A DNA stretch of 64,000 nucleotides from Psilocybe cubensis (Eukaryota): the NCBI GenBank assembly GCA_017499595.2, contig CM039006.1:2418001-2482000 (forward strand), given 5' to 3'. Below, in pieces: positions 42,770-54,409 of this stretch. Within the stretch, counting starts at the first letter, position 1. Every line of letters begins with the position of its first letter. Both the position numbers and the translations under genes were made by a program. The notes under the pieces were generated by a model, which saw nothing but the letters and a program-made list of their open reading frames with translations, was not told the origin of the DNA and did not search any database.

Positions 42770-43560
42770 AGGTAAGATGATTCCCAGGCGCTCTAACTAA
42801 ACCAATTCTAACCGCTGGGGCAGAACCTTTTTTTTTATTTTTTTGGGTGGAAACGCGAGAGCACTTCTTCCTCATACTTTGGTGGAAGGTGTTCTCAACC
42901 GTTTGCGTTAGCACTGGGCCAGAATCTTGCTCGTCTCAACTTTCTCACATTAGGCGCTTGTATTGCCGGCATTTGCCGACCGTACGACAGCGCGAAAGAA
43001 TTACTGTCTCGTTTTCTTGAGACACCAGGTTCTTATGGTTCTTACTCCACCTGCCTTGGATCATTGCCCTAGATATTTTACAACTGGGTAGAGAGCAACC
43101 ATAGCTTTCTGAATTTGCAAAAAAATTTCAGGAAAACTATGGAGAACTCATCTCGGAAGGCTTCCAGTGAAGAATTGAGGGTATGAATGTGTCACGGCAA
43201 ATCAATTCGATCATATCTTGCACAGATAGTCTGAGGACAGTCATACTTCACGTTAACAGACCCATGAAAAGAGATATAGAGGGGGAGGTTTGTCAATACG
43301 CATACGACGCAGGTGTCTCTCCGGTCAAACTCAAGCCGATGTATCAACCGGTTAAAAATTGCCTACCACATATAAGGCTTTACTTGGTCCGGTGCTTTGG
43401 AGTACGATGAGTTTGGCAATTCCGTTGATTCTGGAGAACAGGACGACGACAAATACTGATGCTGAAGTCTTTTAAGGCTATATGCACAACTGTGCTTTGG
43501 ATTGGTTTTGATAAAATATAGTCTGTTAAAGACACTTTGGAATTTCTGTTGTTTTCCTCT
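42770..43560 (+). pseudogene. Decayed F-box/LRR-like relic
   Basis: Broken frames. CATATCTTGCACAGATAGTCT (ISCTDSL) at 43212 is identical to the foldback left arm at 7813. Boundaries approximate. Confidence 0.4.
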
Positions 43561-44149
43561 ACGGCCGTCTCTACGAAGGGGGTGCTAGCAGGAAATCTTT
43601 AGCTCTTTGAACAGCTCTCGTACAGTGGTTGAAATTCAGCACAGATTCACATCATAATAGAATCAGGTACCATACGCCATCCTGGTCACTTGCCAGTGGT
43701 CGGGAGAATCGCAGAAACGTTCTGCGTCATCAATGTTCAATGGAAAGCAAGAGAGAGAGTTTAAGGAACCAATCAGGATGCTTGTGATGCTTGTACGGCA
43801 AGCCGGCCCTTCGTAGCCGGTCAATGGCAAACTGCGAAACATCGGAGACAGCATAGAGATGTTATTAGAATGGTGTAGAACTTTTCTCCTGACTTTGACG
43901 TTTTGCTTCGAATCATAAAAAGCACCATTTGTTAACATTTCCTTTGACTTTTCTTCCACACTCTCTGCAACCGTGTAGCAGCTTTCGTCACATGCAAAAT
44001 CCTCATGATTCGAGGCATACATAACTATAGGTGCCAGCAAGCCTCATACTACTACGCAGTCTAGCGCTCCTTCCAATAATAGGCCTAATTCCACCAATTT
44101 ATGCGCTTTAAAAGGGCAAGATGCTCGCTATGCTGCTCATTGCCATAAC

Positions 44150-45646
44150 ATGAAAGGTTTAATTGCTCTAGTTCTCCTTGCTACCTCCTCTTTTGTCGCT
44201 GCAGGGCCTTGCGACATCTACGCCTCAGGTGGCACTCCATGTGTCGCTGCTCACAGTACGACTCGCGCGCTTTTCAACAATTTCAGTGGCGCGCTTTACC
44301 AAGTAAGGCGCGGCTCCGACAATGCAACGACAAACATTTCACCATTATCCGCTGGAGGCGTCGCTAATGCTACCTCACAAGATAGCTTCTGCGCTCAAAC
44401 CACTTGCCTAATCACCACCATATTTGACCAAACTGGGCGCGGCAATCATCTTAACCAAGCCCCACCTGGCGGGTTTAACGGACCCGACCCCAATGGATTC
44501 GATAACCTCGCCAGCGCTACTGGCGCTCCAGTGATATTAGGTGGCCACAAGGCATATGGTGTCTTCATTTCTCCTGGCACTGGATACCGCAACAACACTG
44601 CTAGCGGCACAGCCAAAGGCGACGCGGCGCAGGGCATGTATGCTGTCTTCGACGGGACCCATTTCAATGGAGGCTGCTGTTTTGACTACGGCAACGCAGA
44701 GACAAGCAGTCGCGACACAGGCAACGGCCACATGGAGGCCATTTATTTCGGCAGTTCGACAACCTGGGGAACTGGGTCTGGCAATGGTCCTTGGATCATG
44801 GCCGATCTTGAGAATGGTTTATTCTCCGGCTCCAACGTTCATCTGAACTCTGGAGACCAGACGATCAATGACCGCTTCGTCACTGCCGTCGTCAAAGGGC
44901 AGCCTGGAAACTGGGCCATTCGTGGGGGCAATGCTGCTTCCGGGTCACTCACAACGTTCTGGAACGGTCCACGTCCCAGTGTGTCCGGGTACAACCCCAT
45001 GTCAAAAGAGGGTGCTATTATTCTCGGAATCGGCGGCGACAACAGTAACGGCGCACAAGGCACATTCTACGAGGGAGTGATGACCTCGGGATTCCCCTCG
45101 GATGCTACTGAGAACTCAGTGCAAGCCAACATTGTAGATGCAGGATACGCCACGACTTCGTTAACCAGCGGCCCCGCTCTCACCGTTGGTTCCTCCATTT
45201 CCTTCCGCGCAACCACAGCCTGTTGTACGACGCGCTTCATCGCACACACCGGCTCTGCCGTTAACACCCAAGTCGTTGACTCCTCAAGCAATACAACACT
45301 CAAGCAGCAGGCAAGCTGGTCGGTCCGCACTGGTCTAGGAAACAGTGCATGCTTCTCGTTCGAGTCAAGAGACACCCCTGGAAGCTTCATCAGGCATTTC
45401 AACTTCGTCCTTGTTGTAAACGCTAACGACGGCAGCAAGGAGTTCTCCGAAGACGCAACATTTTGCCCGCAAGCAGGACTCAATGGCCAAGGCAACACAA
45501 TCAAATCCTGGAACTACCCCACACGCGCCTTCCGTCACTTCGACAACAATCTCTTCGCCGCCAGTAACGGCGGTGTTCATTACTTCGATGCCCCTGCCCA
45601 GTACAATGACGATGCCAGTTTCGTAATCAGCGCCGGTTTTGCTTGA
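44150..45646 (+). CDS. abfB: Alpha-L-arabinofuranosidase B (GH54 + CBM42), intronless
   Basis: Signal peptide, GPCDIYASGGTPCVAAHSTTRAL, GGCCFDYGNAE, catalytic DLENG and GGDNS, C-terminal AbfB/CBM42 repeats (FIAH, FIRH, FRHF). Confidence 0.96.
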   Translation: MKGLIALVLLATSSFVAAGPCDIYASGGTPCVAAHSTTRALFNNFSGALYQVRRGSDNATTNISPLSAGGVANATSQDSFCAQTTCLITTIFDQTGRGNHLNQAPPGGFNGPDPNGFDNLASATGAPVILGGHKAYGVFISPGTGYRNNTASGTAKGDAAQGMYAVFDGTHFNGGCCFDYGNAETSSRDTGNGHMEAIYFGSSTTWGTGSGNGPWIMADLENGLFSGSNVHLNSGDQTINDRFVTAVVKGQPGNWAIRGGNAASGSLTTFWNGPRPSVSGYNPMSKEGAIILGIGGDNSNGAQGTFYEGVMTSGFPSDATENSVQANIVDAGYATTSLTSGPALTVGSSISFRATTACCTTRFIAHTGSAVNTQVVDSSSNTTLKQQASWSVRTGLGNSACFSFESRDTPGSFIRHFNFVLVVNANDGSKEFSEDATFCPQAGLNGQGNTIKSWNYPTRAFRHFDNNLFAASNGGVHYFDAPAQYNDDASFVISAGFA

Positions 45647-45923
45647 TCTCTAAAGGTTAGCTGGGTTGGGCACCCCAAACAATGTACTTCGTTGCATCCT
45701 TCTATCTAGTTGATGTAATATCAAGTATTATCTTGTATAAAATGTAACCATTATCCCATTCAGTACAAGCATTCCGTGAGCACTCCGAGTCGTTAAATTT
45801 GGATCAGGGGCAAGGCAATTGACAATGCCGATTGATCCATGTTTGAACAGTTATCTCACAGTTGTTGTACGACCTTTAACATCTCCCCGCTGCTGTCTTG
45901 CTGGCAGCTAACCTTGTCTTCTA

Positions 45924-47183
45924 ATGGCCCGCAGCATAGAGATATTACCACTGGAGATCATAGAAGATATCATCGCTCTCTTGTCCGATTTCGATCGTTC
46001 TGTCTCGACAAAACCTACATCCCTTCAGACATGCTCTCTGGTCTGCCACGCGTTCGTTCCTCTTTGTCAGAAGCACATCTTTCACTCCATCGCTTTGCGT
46101 TATGCAGCCCAGAAATCCTCTTTCGTCAAGCTTATCAACAAGAATCCACAGATACTTGGCTATGTTCGCAATATTTTATACATGGTAGCTCCGGAGGATT
46201 CTCGTCTCGAAATCGCTTGCCCAATTTCTTTCTTCGACATTCTTAAAAGCTTCAAAAATCTTGAAAAAGTGATGGTATCTTTTCAATACCAAAGGCAGGA
46301 TTGGAACAATTTATCTGAAGTAATGCGGTCCGTTGTCCTTTCTCTCATACATAACCCATCTGTCTCCACCGTCGGCTTGGCGCACATATACGAATTCGAC
46401 TGCACGACTTTACTTCTATGTCCCAACATCCAGGAGCTCAGACTTCAAAATATTATGTGTCCACAGTTTGTCATCTCTTCAACCAGCACGGCGGCATATA
46501 GGTCAATCAAGCCACGTTTGCTCGAAATAACGTCTTGTATACAAATGCTCAATGTACATTACGACGTTGGAGCAGCAATATTTGACCTTGGAGAATTGAA
46601 GCATATCGAGCTTGGCCCCTGCACACTTTTCCCTGCATCAAATATCCTAAAAACGGTCAAAACACTTGAATCAGCCCTTGTTTCAATCAACCGTAGGTGC
46701 TTCTTTAATAAATTTGAGCTGAGAAATATATGCTTACACATATATCAAGTTGCAAGCGTAGATGACTCTGAGGTCTTCATCTCTCTATTAATGGGATCTT
46801 CAAAGACTTTGAAACGATTAACTCTGGAGCCAAGTCATATTACTCTCACCAGAAATTATTACAACCTCTTGACGAGCATCGGGGAGGTACTAAAAAAATT
46901 ATCTGGCCAAAATATTATCTCGACATTAAATATTGAACTCTACGCCATTTTTGGGCCAGAACCAGAGTCAACCATCGGCGAAGAGTGGAATATTTTCGAC
47001 CAAGTTCTTTTGACTCCCGGATGGTCGTCCCTTAGGGAGTTTAACCTAACTATTGAAGATTCTCGAGGAGAAATAATCATGCGGGCATTGCGATCGCTTC
47101 ATCAAACCTATCTCCATGGACTAGCAACCAGCGAAACCGTCAATTTTAATTTCGAGGTCGTAGATATTTTCGAGAACTTGTAG
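45924..47183 (+). CDS. F-box domain protein (agaric-expanded family)
   Basis: LPLEIIEDII...LQTCSLVCHAFVPLCQKHIFHSI; W..FD..L...GWSSLREFNL near the C-terminus. Probable in-frame intron near 46694-46748. Confidence 0.82.
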   Translation: MARSIEILPLEIIEDIIALLSDFDRSVSTKPTSLQTCSLVCHAFVPLCQKHIFHSIALRYAAQKSSFVKLINKNPQILGYVRNILYMVAPEDSRLEIACPISFFDILKSFKNLEKVMVSFQYQRQDWNNLSEVMRSVVLSLIHNPSVSTVGLAHIYEFDCTTLLLCPNIQELRLQNIMCPQFVISSTSTAAYRSIKPRLLEITSCIQMLNVHYDVGAAIFDLGELKHIELGPCTLFPASNILKTVKTLESALVSINRRCFFNKFELRNICLHIYQVASVDDSEVFISLLMGSSKTLKRLTLEPSHITLTRNYYNLLTSIGEVLKKLSGQNIISTLNIELYAIFGPEPESTIGEEWNIFDQVLLTPGWSSLREFNLTIEDSRGEIIMRALRSLHQTYLHGLATSETVNFNFEVVDIFENL

Positions 47184-47232
47184 TCCTATCCAAGGCACTG
47201 CTTGTAACGGTCTCGCATTATGTTATTGACAA

Positions 47233-47720
47233 TCAACCGAACAATCCACGATTCACGACGATAACGCCGAAGTCATGTAATGCATGAATGGCATCTATAT
47301 ACCAGCGCTGAGAACTGAACTCCATCGAAGCTTCTGTTGGTATATGATAATGACTTGAAATTAACAAAAAAAATCTACCTTTGCCCATACCGTGCCGGGA
47401 TCTAAACAGAGCGTCCATTTCGTAAGTCTTCATCTCTTTCTCTAACATTCCCGAGTCTTCGTATTGTACAATACCACAGTCATCCAGGACGCGAACAGCC
47501 TGCAAAAACCCTGTTCTGGAATCAAAGTTTATCGTAGTTTTCCGGGGGATAGACACCGTCTTGAGTATCAATTGCAAAGTCTCCACGATAACTTGATATT
47601 CGCCGAGAAATCCAACATTGGCGAGGCCCAGAATGGCGGAGAAATTTCTACGTTGAGTTCTACTTGAGCTATCTGTCTTTCGTAGAAGTTAATCTTATAT
47701 TCGGAAAATCCCGATGTGGC
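47233..47720 (-). pseudogene. F-box-like gene C-terminal relic homologous to the foldback arms
   Basis: TSGFSEYKINFYER...VEISPPF matches SGFSEYKTDFYER...VEISPTF at 8373-8275; contains a frameshift. Confidence 0.55.
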
Positions 47721-48014
47721 AATGACTGGACTGGGAGGCCTCAAAGAATTTACAAATAGTAGAGTACTACGTACACTTCAATTGAGATTTTTAGGAGCAA
47801 GGGGAGTAGAAGCGAGAAAGTACAAGTGATGGGTGGTCCAAATAATAAGTCCGTGTCGTCATAAATGAAGCGAAGAATGTCGTGAAGGGTATCAGCACTA
47901 TGAGTATATTATAGCCCAGCCAACAAAGGGGTATGAGGCATTGTCCGTGTGGTAAATTAACTGAACGTCCTGAGGATTACAATGTTATAATAAATCTTAG
48001 TCCTCCTAGATATA

Positions 48015-50691
48015 TTAGAAAGAGCGAGGAACGGGAGGCGGGGTGATCTGCGCGCGCGACACCAAGCCTCCAGCACCACAGCCAGCTGGAATTGGAACGC
48101 CATTGGCATTCCATGGATCAGGGTATGAGCATCCTGCGATGGGAGTTGGAGCAGGGCCGTTGTCGTTTGGATTGAACCAGCCATTGGCAGTGACAGAGAC
48201 AGCCTGACCATTGCTGTCCGTGAAAGTGGGCATGGGAAGCGTCACAGGGGTGCCTGTAGAGGTATACAGCGGTAGCTGGCTAACCACGTTGCCATCTGCA
48301 AGTTGGGCAGGTGGCCATGGGTATTGTGCAGTTTGGATTGGGACAGATCCAGCACCGGCGCCACCAGTCATCCAGGACTCAAACTTTCCGCCCCACGATG
48401 GACCGGTGGGTGGACCACAAGCCCCGATTACCGTCCTGGGATCTTTGGGCATCCAACCTCGCTCGAGACCTAGCTTGTACGACCATAATGGCGCTTCGAC
48501 GATTCCCTTATTGGACTCCCCGATCTAGCATGTCAAAGTGGATCAGAGAAGAGTGATAAACGCCGGACAAAAATAACCGGCATACCTTCCATGTCCAGAA
48601 GAAATAGTCGCGGAATGCGTCCATGCTGGCAGATGAAAATGCGAGAAGACCAGCTATCGTGCCGGCACTCCATGTTGAAGAATCCATCCAATCTTGACAG
48701 TTGCCGCCGTAGGAGGTTCTGCCTCGAACTCCCCTAAGGAACAGACCACAGTCATTGATACCGTTGCTAAATTCTCCGGAGACAGTGACACCGAAGGCAT
48801 TACGACTATAAGAGTATGATCATCAGCGTCCAAACGCTGAAAATCATGATAAAAAGTTACCTGGCATTGAAAGCGCCGGCCCACCGAGTGCATGCCCTTT
48901 GGGGCCATTCTCCACCAGCACCCGGTCCAGTGCCAGTATCGATGGGGTCCAATGCTGGAACACCATCAAACGCCATGTACGGGTGGCTATCGATCATTAC
49001 TCTGTCAGCTCCCTGCAAGAAACCAGGCCATCTCGCAAGAGTTTGGAACCCGTCATGAATACTGATGTATGGTCCATTTCCTGCACCGTATCCGGTGATA
49101 CCTCGGATTATCTTATACGCCTCGACGTAACTGTAAAGAACATGATGAATAGAAGTATTCGCCGGATATAGACGAAGACTCGACTTACAATGCACGAATT
49201 TCCTCCGTCCCAATTTGACTAACCAAGGCCTCGTTCATGATGCCGAAGATGATCACAACGTCTTTGTATTCAGGCTGCGAGATAAACTGGGTGATGATTC
49301 GAAGATAATTCAATGTGCGCTGGGCATTGGCCATCCCCATCACTCCATACAAGAAGTTGATTTGACCCATCTTTCCGGAGTGATTGTATGCTGTTCGTAA
49401 TCAGAATATGGCTTTCAGAAGCTCTGACAGGCGCTAAAAGTCTTACCGTTATGGGATCCAGGAATGGTATGGAGGTCGAGTTTAACACGAATACCGTATT
49501 TCTTGCACCATTGCAAAGCTTGGACGAAATATCTTGAAAGAATATCAGATTTATTGCTAAAGCTGGGATCAGGATAAGGCTTACTTCCAGCTAGTCTTGG
49601 CGAGGAAAGGTTCGTCTCCCCATGTGTCAATGGCCCAAAACGGGATTGGTAATCTGATCCAGTTCAACCCAGCACCAGCAATCTCGGCAATATCTTGTTC
49701 AGTCTAGCGAAAGAATGAGAATTCGGGAGACCGGTGTGGGAGTATGGTGCAACGTACAATGAAGGTCTTATAATGCTCTTCCAGTTGGTTTAAGCCTCCG
49801 TTGGCAGTGTCTGCAGCCATAAGGGTACTGAGTGTCCATTCGTCTACCGCGCCGGGATATCTCTGAAATAGCTCGGGGCTGATAAATGGCTCTAAGACAA
49901 GCCATCCACCAAGGTTAACACTAATGTGCTACGTGGTCAGATGAAATCTTCTATGATTGAAGAAACGCACCCAAAAATTCGATCTTTTTCGAAATCCCAA
50001 CTTTGATTCAGAGGCGGAGTCCACGAATTCGGGTATGCGTAGTCCTTGAAAGGGTCGCTGGGATCCGAATACCCTGTATTGTACGTATGGAGTAAGATGT
50101 GTGCTGATGGCGGTCGAACAAATTCGACTCACATATTCCACCAAACTTGTTGTTGTACGTAAACGTAGATCCATCGCTAGCTTTAACAGTCGACCCATCA
50201 CCACCCCACAACTCTTCAGCTGTTGCACTACTGCTGGGTTTCGCGCTATCACTTGTTGATGTAGGGGAAACGGAGCCGTGAATCGACGATGAAGCGGCGG
50301 CTGCCGGCGTTGAAGAGGAAGACTTGGAACGAGGTTTGACAACAGCAAAGTAAATGGAGAGAACGATGGCTAGAATTATGACAATCAAAGCAATTATGGC
50401 ACCGACAATAAGTTTACGGGACATTCGTTTTGGGGTGGGGTATGGATCAACAGGTGACGCATTTTCCAAGTTATCATCGCGTTCGTTTTTGATAGGGAAA
50501 AGAGTTTGTGAGCCTGCTACAGACGACTGTGCTGCATAGGAGTCCCGTGGTGATTCAGGGTCGTTGTCGGCAGCGAACGGAGCTTGCGGTTGGAGTAGGT
50601 TAGAACCATCTGCGAGGGGTAAAGGAGCGTAGGTAGCTTTGATATCAGAGCTGGTCTGGGGCGCAGATCCAAAGGGTCGTTCGGAACCCAT
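48015..50691 (-). CDS. Membrane-anchored exo-beta-1,3-glucanase (GH5, Exg2/ExgD-like)
   Basis: N-terminal TM helix and Ser/Thr linker; VNLGGWLVLEPFI, WIRLPI, LDLHTIPGS, NHSG, MNEA (acid/base), GEFS (nucleophile). Confidence 0.92.
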
Positions 50692-51788
50692 GGATTTGGG
50701 GGAGAATATTGGAGGAAGGGAGGCGCGGGAGGGAGGAGGGAATTCACCGGCGCAAGCCTTATGCCTCTTTATGTTGCAGACTGGGCAAAGACCGCGGGCG
50801 GACAATCCCGCCCAGAGTCTCCATTACTTAAGAGCCAAGCCAGGGCTAGTGGGCACCAAGCCCACACTACTAAATGCGGTAATACATCTTTCAATACTTG
50901 ATGTCTGATCCGTATACCCATGTATTTTGTGAGGCAACAAAGTATCAGAAGTTATACAAAATTAACAATTTGACGAACGGAGTCAAAGTAGACTGGACAC
51001 AAGGGTTGAAAAGATATCTAAATGAAGTGGTGACGCATGATTTACTGCCATATCTACGTCCCAGTCTTCTATTTATTGTGACTGTTTGCGACCATTTCAA
51101 CAAGGTGAGAAAAACATTGGGTTCAACAATCTTTGCAGTCCCATCACCCTTACCAGAACTGACTTGATCACTTGAGGAAATCATTGATTACCTTTGGGTA
51201 GCAATGACCATTACATGTTGGTCAACTTTCGCTGGGCAAGGAAAAGATACACAGTCGGGCTTGGCCTAACTGAGTGTAATCTGTATTGGCCAAGATCTTA
51301 CTCATATATCATGCGGTGAGATGTGGAGTCGCCTGGAGTCACTGAGCTCGGTCACATTTGCGGCTACAAGAATCAAAAGTAGAGGCAACGAAGAAAGTTT
51401 CAAGAGGTTTCCAAGACAGCCGAGTATGCCCAGACGAGTTAATATAACATGGTTGATAGACCACTTCAAGATCAAGCCGAAGAGACACTCTTCTTCATGA
51501 TTAATGGTATACTACATATATATATATACGAGTAAGTGGGCCTGCTATTGGGCTTACAAGCCGCGTATTCTAGATCAACTTTAAGCATTTTGCTTCAAGG
51601 CAGCCTTTGTGCTGCGTCCGTGTGAAGAGAGGCCCCTAATTATAGATAGAATAGTAGGAAGGACCTAACCTTAGCTGCGACAGAGAATAAATAAGGTCGG
51701 AAGTCAAAATACGCTTCTGTTCGTAGTATATAGTTTTCAAGACAAAAAAAGACTGGAAGCAAAATTGTTACCAAAAATATACTGGTGT

Positions 51789-51815
51789 GATCGACATGTC
51801 ACTGACATGTCGATC
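51789..51815. repeat. Perfect 27-bp palindrome
   Basis: GATCGACATGTCA-C-TGACATGTCGATC. Confidence 0.9.
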
Positions 51816-52680
51816 GGAGCTCCAAATTTGTTCTACGTTTTGTTAAAGAACCAAAAAGAACACACTCTCACCGAAGCTACTTCTAAAGAATTCTACGTAT
51901 CTCTAATGCGTGAGGCCTGTGAGGCTTTGTTCAGATTACTTATGATAAAGATCATAAAAATAGATTCGTCATGGGAGTACATCTCATAGTAATACAGCGT
52001 CTGTCAGCGGACTTTGAAATCTAAAATAATTTCAGAGTCCGTTTTTACTCGTCACGACACGGCACCAAAAAGTTCCGGATTTATTTCTCGACAGCGAATA
52101 TGGCTGAGATATGAGTATCCCATTGAATCCGGGACGGCAGAATCCTATTCTCTAGAGTATCCGGAGGTGAATACTTCCGACTGTAGTACGCAGCTGTGCT
52201 GCACCTGCAACTCGCCCGGCGTCAATTCATCAGTCTAAAACTTTACCCAACATTATGGAAGTATTATAGTCTGTCAGAGTACTAGATCACTATCGCTGAC
52301 TGTCTTCCTGTTTGCAAATTCGATTTCGATTCAAATCAGTAATTGCTGAGCATGTCTCGAGTTCGACAAAGGCGCCCGGTTTAAAGGGAACAATAATTTT
52401 CCCGTGGTTGAAGCAATTGACGTGTGAAAAACTTGCGTTGAGAATATACAGAGTGCGTGTTAATAATAATATACCACCCTTCTCCACAGCGCTTAATTTA
52501 ACTACGCCAATCAGACGGTGCAAACGCACCGGCATCGAATTTTCCGCGGAACCAAATCATAGCCTGTCTAAAAGATATGCTTTGCTTTGAAAACGTTAAA
52601 AGGCATCGTGACTGCGCTTATCTCTCTATCTCGCTGTTTATCCCAACTACAACAAACCGTCCTCTTTCATTCAGGCTAAT

Positions 52681-53875
52681 ATGGAAGCAAACCAGGACTA
52701 CTCAGTTGAGCGTATCCTTGAGATTTACAAAAATCTTGTAAGGAATACCGAGTTTGTGCCTCGTGAAGCAGTGCCCAGCACCAATGCGACGTACAACGCC
52801 CTACTTTCAGAGGTAGCAGAGTACAACGACGGAGGAAAATGGTTCATCAAACTGTGCGATGAATCCGCTACCCTGGCGGAGGTATGTTTTGCAGTTACGT
52901 TGATCTTGAATATAGATTAATCTGTTTACAATAAATCAGCTTATGTACCAGCACTGCTCTCCGGAGACGCGCATACTCATGGCAAAATTTATATGGTACT
53001 TTCTTTTTCTTTTTCTGACTGGGACCAAACATCTTATCATGCCCATTGGACGTAAATAGGTGCCTAATCAATATAGAAGACCTTGGACACAAGTATCCCG
53101 AATCTATCGTAACATTTCAGCCTCTAATTCTCCAAAGAAAAGAACCAGAGGCAAAGGTTTTAGGATTATTACTAGACTCACTCATTGCATTCTACCAAAC
53201 CTGGGATCCGATTCCGGCCAACGCCATGTCACACTCTGTCCTAGAATTTATCAACGGGGTTTTGCTCGAACAGGACCCCAATATCCTTGACATGGAGCTT
53301 TCAACGGCCGCAAAAAGCTGGCCATACTTCTTACGCCGGAAGACTGGGATCTCTGCTGCCTTTGCATTTGGTATCTTTCCAAAAGAGCTGAATATTGAAC
53401 TGCCGGTATACATTCAAGCCATAGAAGATACCGTCCAATTTATCGACATTTTTAATGATGTCCTTTCGTGAGTGCTACTACTTATTCCATTTGGTACGCT
53501 ACATCTGACGTTCTGCAAATTCGGATATTTAATCAGATTCCACAAAGAATATCAGAGTGGGGAACGCAACAATTATATCAACAGTAGAGCTCGCGTCAAT
53601 GAGAAAACGATTGTTGAAACTCTCCAGGAATCTGCTGAGGATGCACTAGCGGCATACTCCAGGGCGAAACAAATTCTCATGGGTACCGAAGCCTACCTTC
53701 CTTGGAAGAGCTGTCTCGATGGATATATGTATGTGCAAAATGATCAGCTCGTCGACCTTTATCTGATGCATCTGCCTGTAGCTCCTTCCACTTCTTAGCA
53801 CAGAAACGCTATCGTCTGAACGAGCTAGGCTTTCAAACAGACGGATCTTTCCAAGATCGTGAAGGGTCGAATTAG
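52681..53875 (+). CDS. Trichodiene-synthase-like (Cop6/clade IV type) terpene synthase
   Basis: 5 exons. WPYFLRRKTGIS, NSE motif NDVLS|FHKE, GERNNY, KRYRL; Asp-rich motif reduced to NIEDLG. Confidence 0.88.
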
Positions 53876-54409
53876 ACAACTCTTTGATAGAATTTATCCC
53901 AGAAATGTATAGATGTGCTTAGTAGACTTTTTATTAAAACTTTAAGGTTCAACGTTCAACGCAATACCAGCTACGAACTTAAGCTTTTGTTTATTCCATT
54001 TACATTTTATCTTATTTTGTAAGAGAGTGTTTTATCGAAATCGAAGCAATCACTGTACTTTTGGGTTGAGGGTAATTTGAACTAATTACACTGGTAACTT
54101 CATATCTTAACACACAATATATACTCAAACTTGATCTTTTTATATCGTTTCTGTCGCTCCTCGGTTCTTATTTATGCATTCCCATAACTAAGGTAAGTAT
54201 GCACAGGAACGCGCCATTTTAGGGGTAATTCACGTGTACCACGTGGCTATTGTTGACAACGCCGAACAGCGGAGAATTGGGGCTGTTAGTCGCCGTCCAC
54301 CACCACCGTCGACAGTCGAGGCAACGTCTAGGGCACCATTGCAATCTTTTTTCTACGTTCATTTGCTTCTGGGTCTCTACTTAAAAGCTTCTAGCACGTT
54401 GCTGTTTCG

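Noticed and set aside
54231-54245. Tandem CACGTG boxes upstream of TAO3
   Set aside because: Common bHLH-type promoter element; unremarkable.
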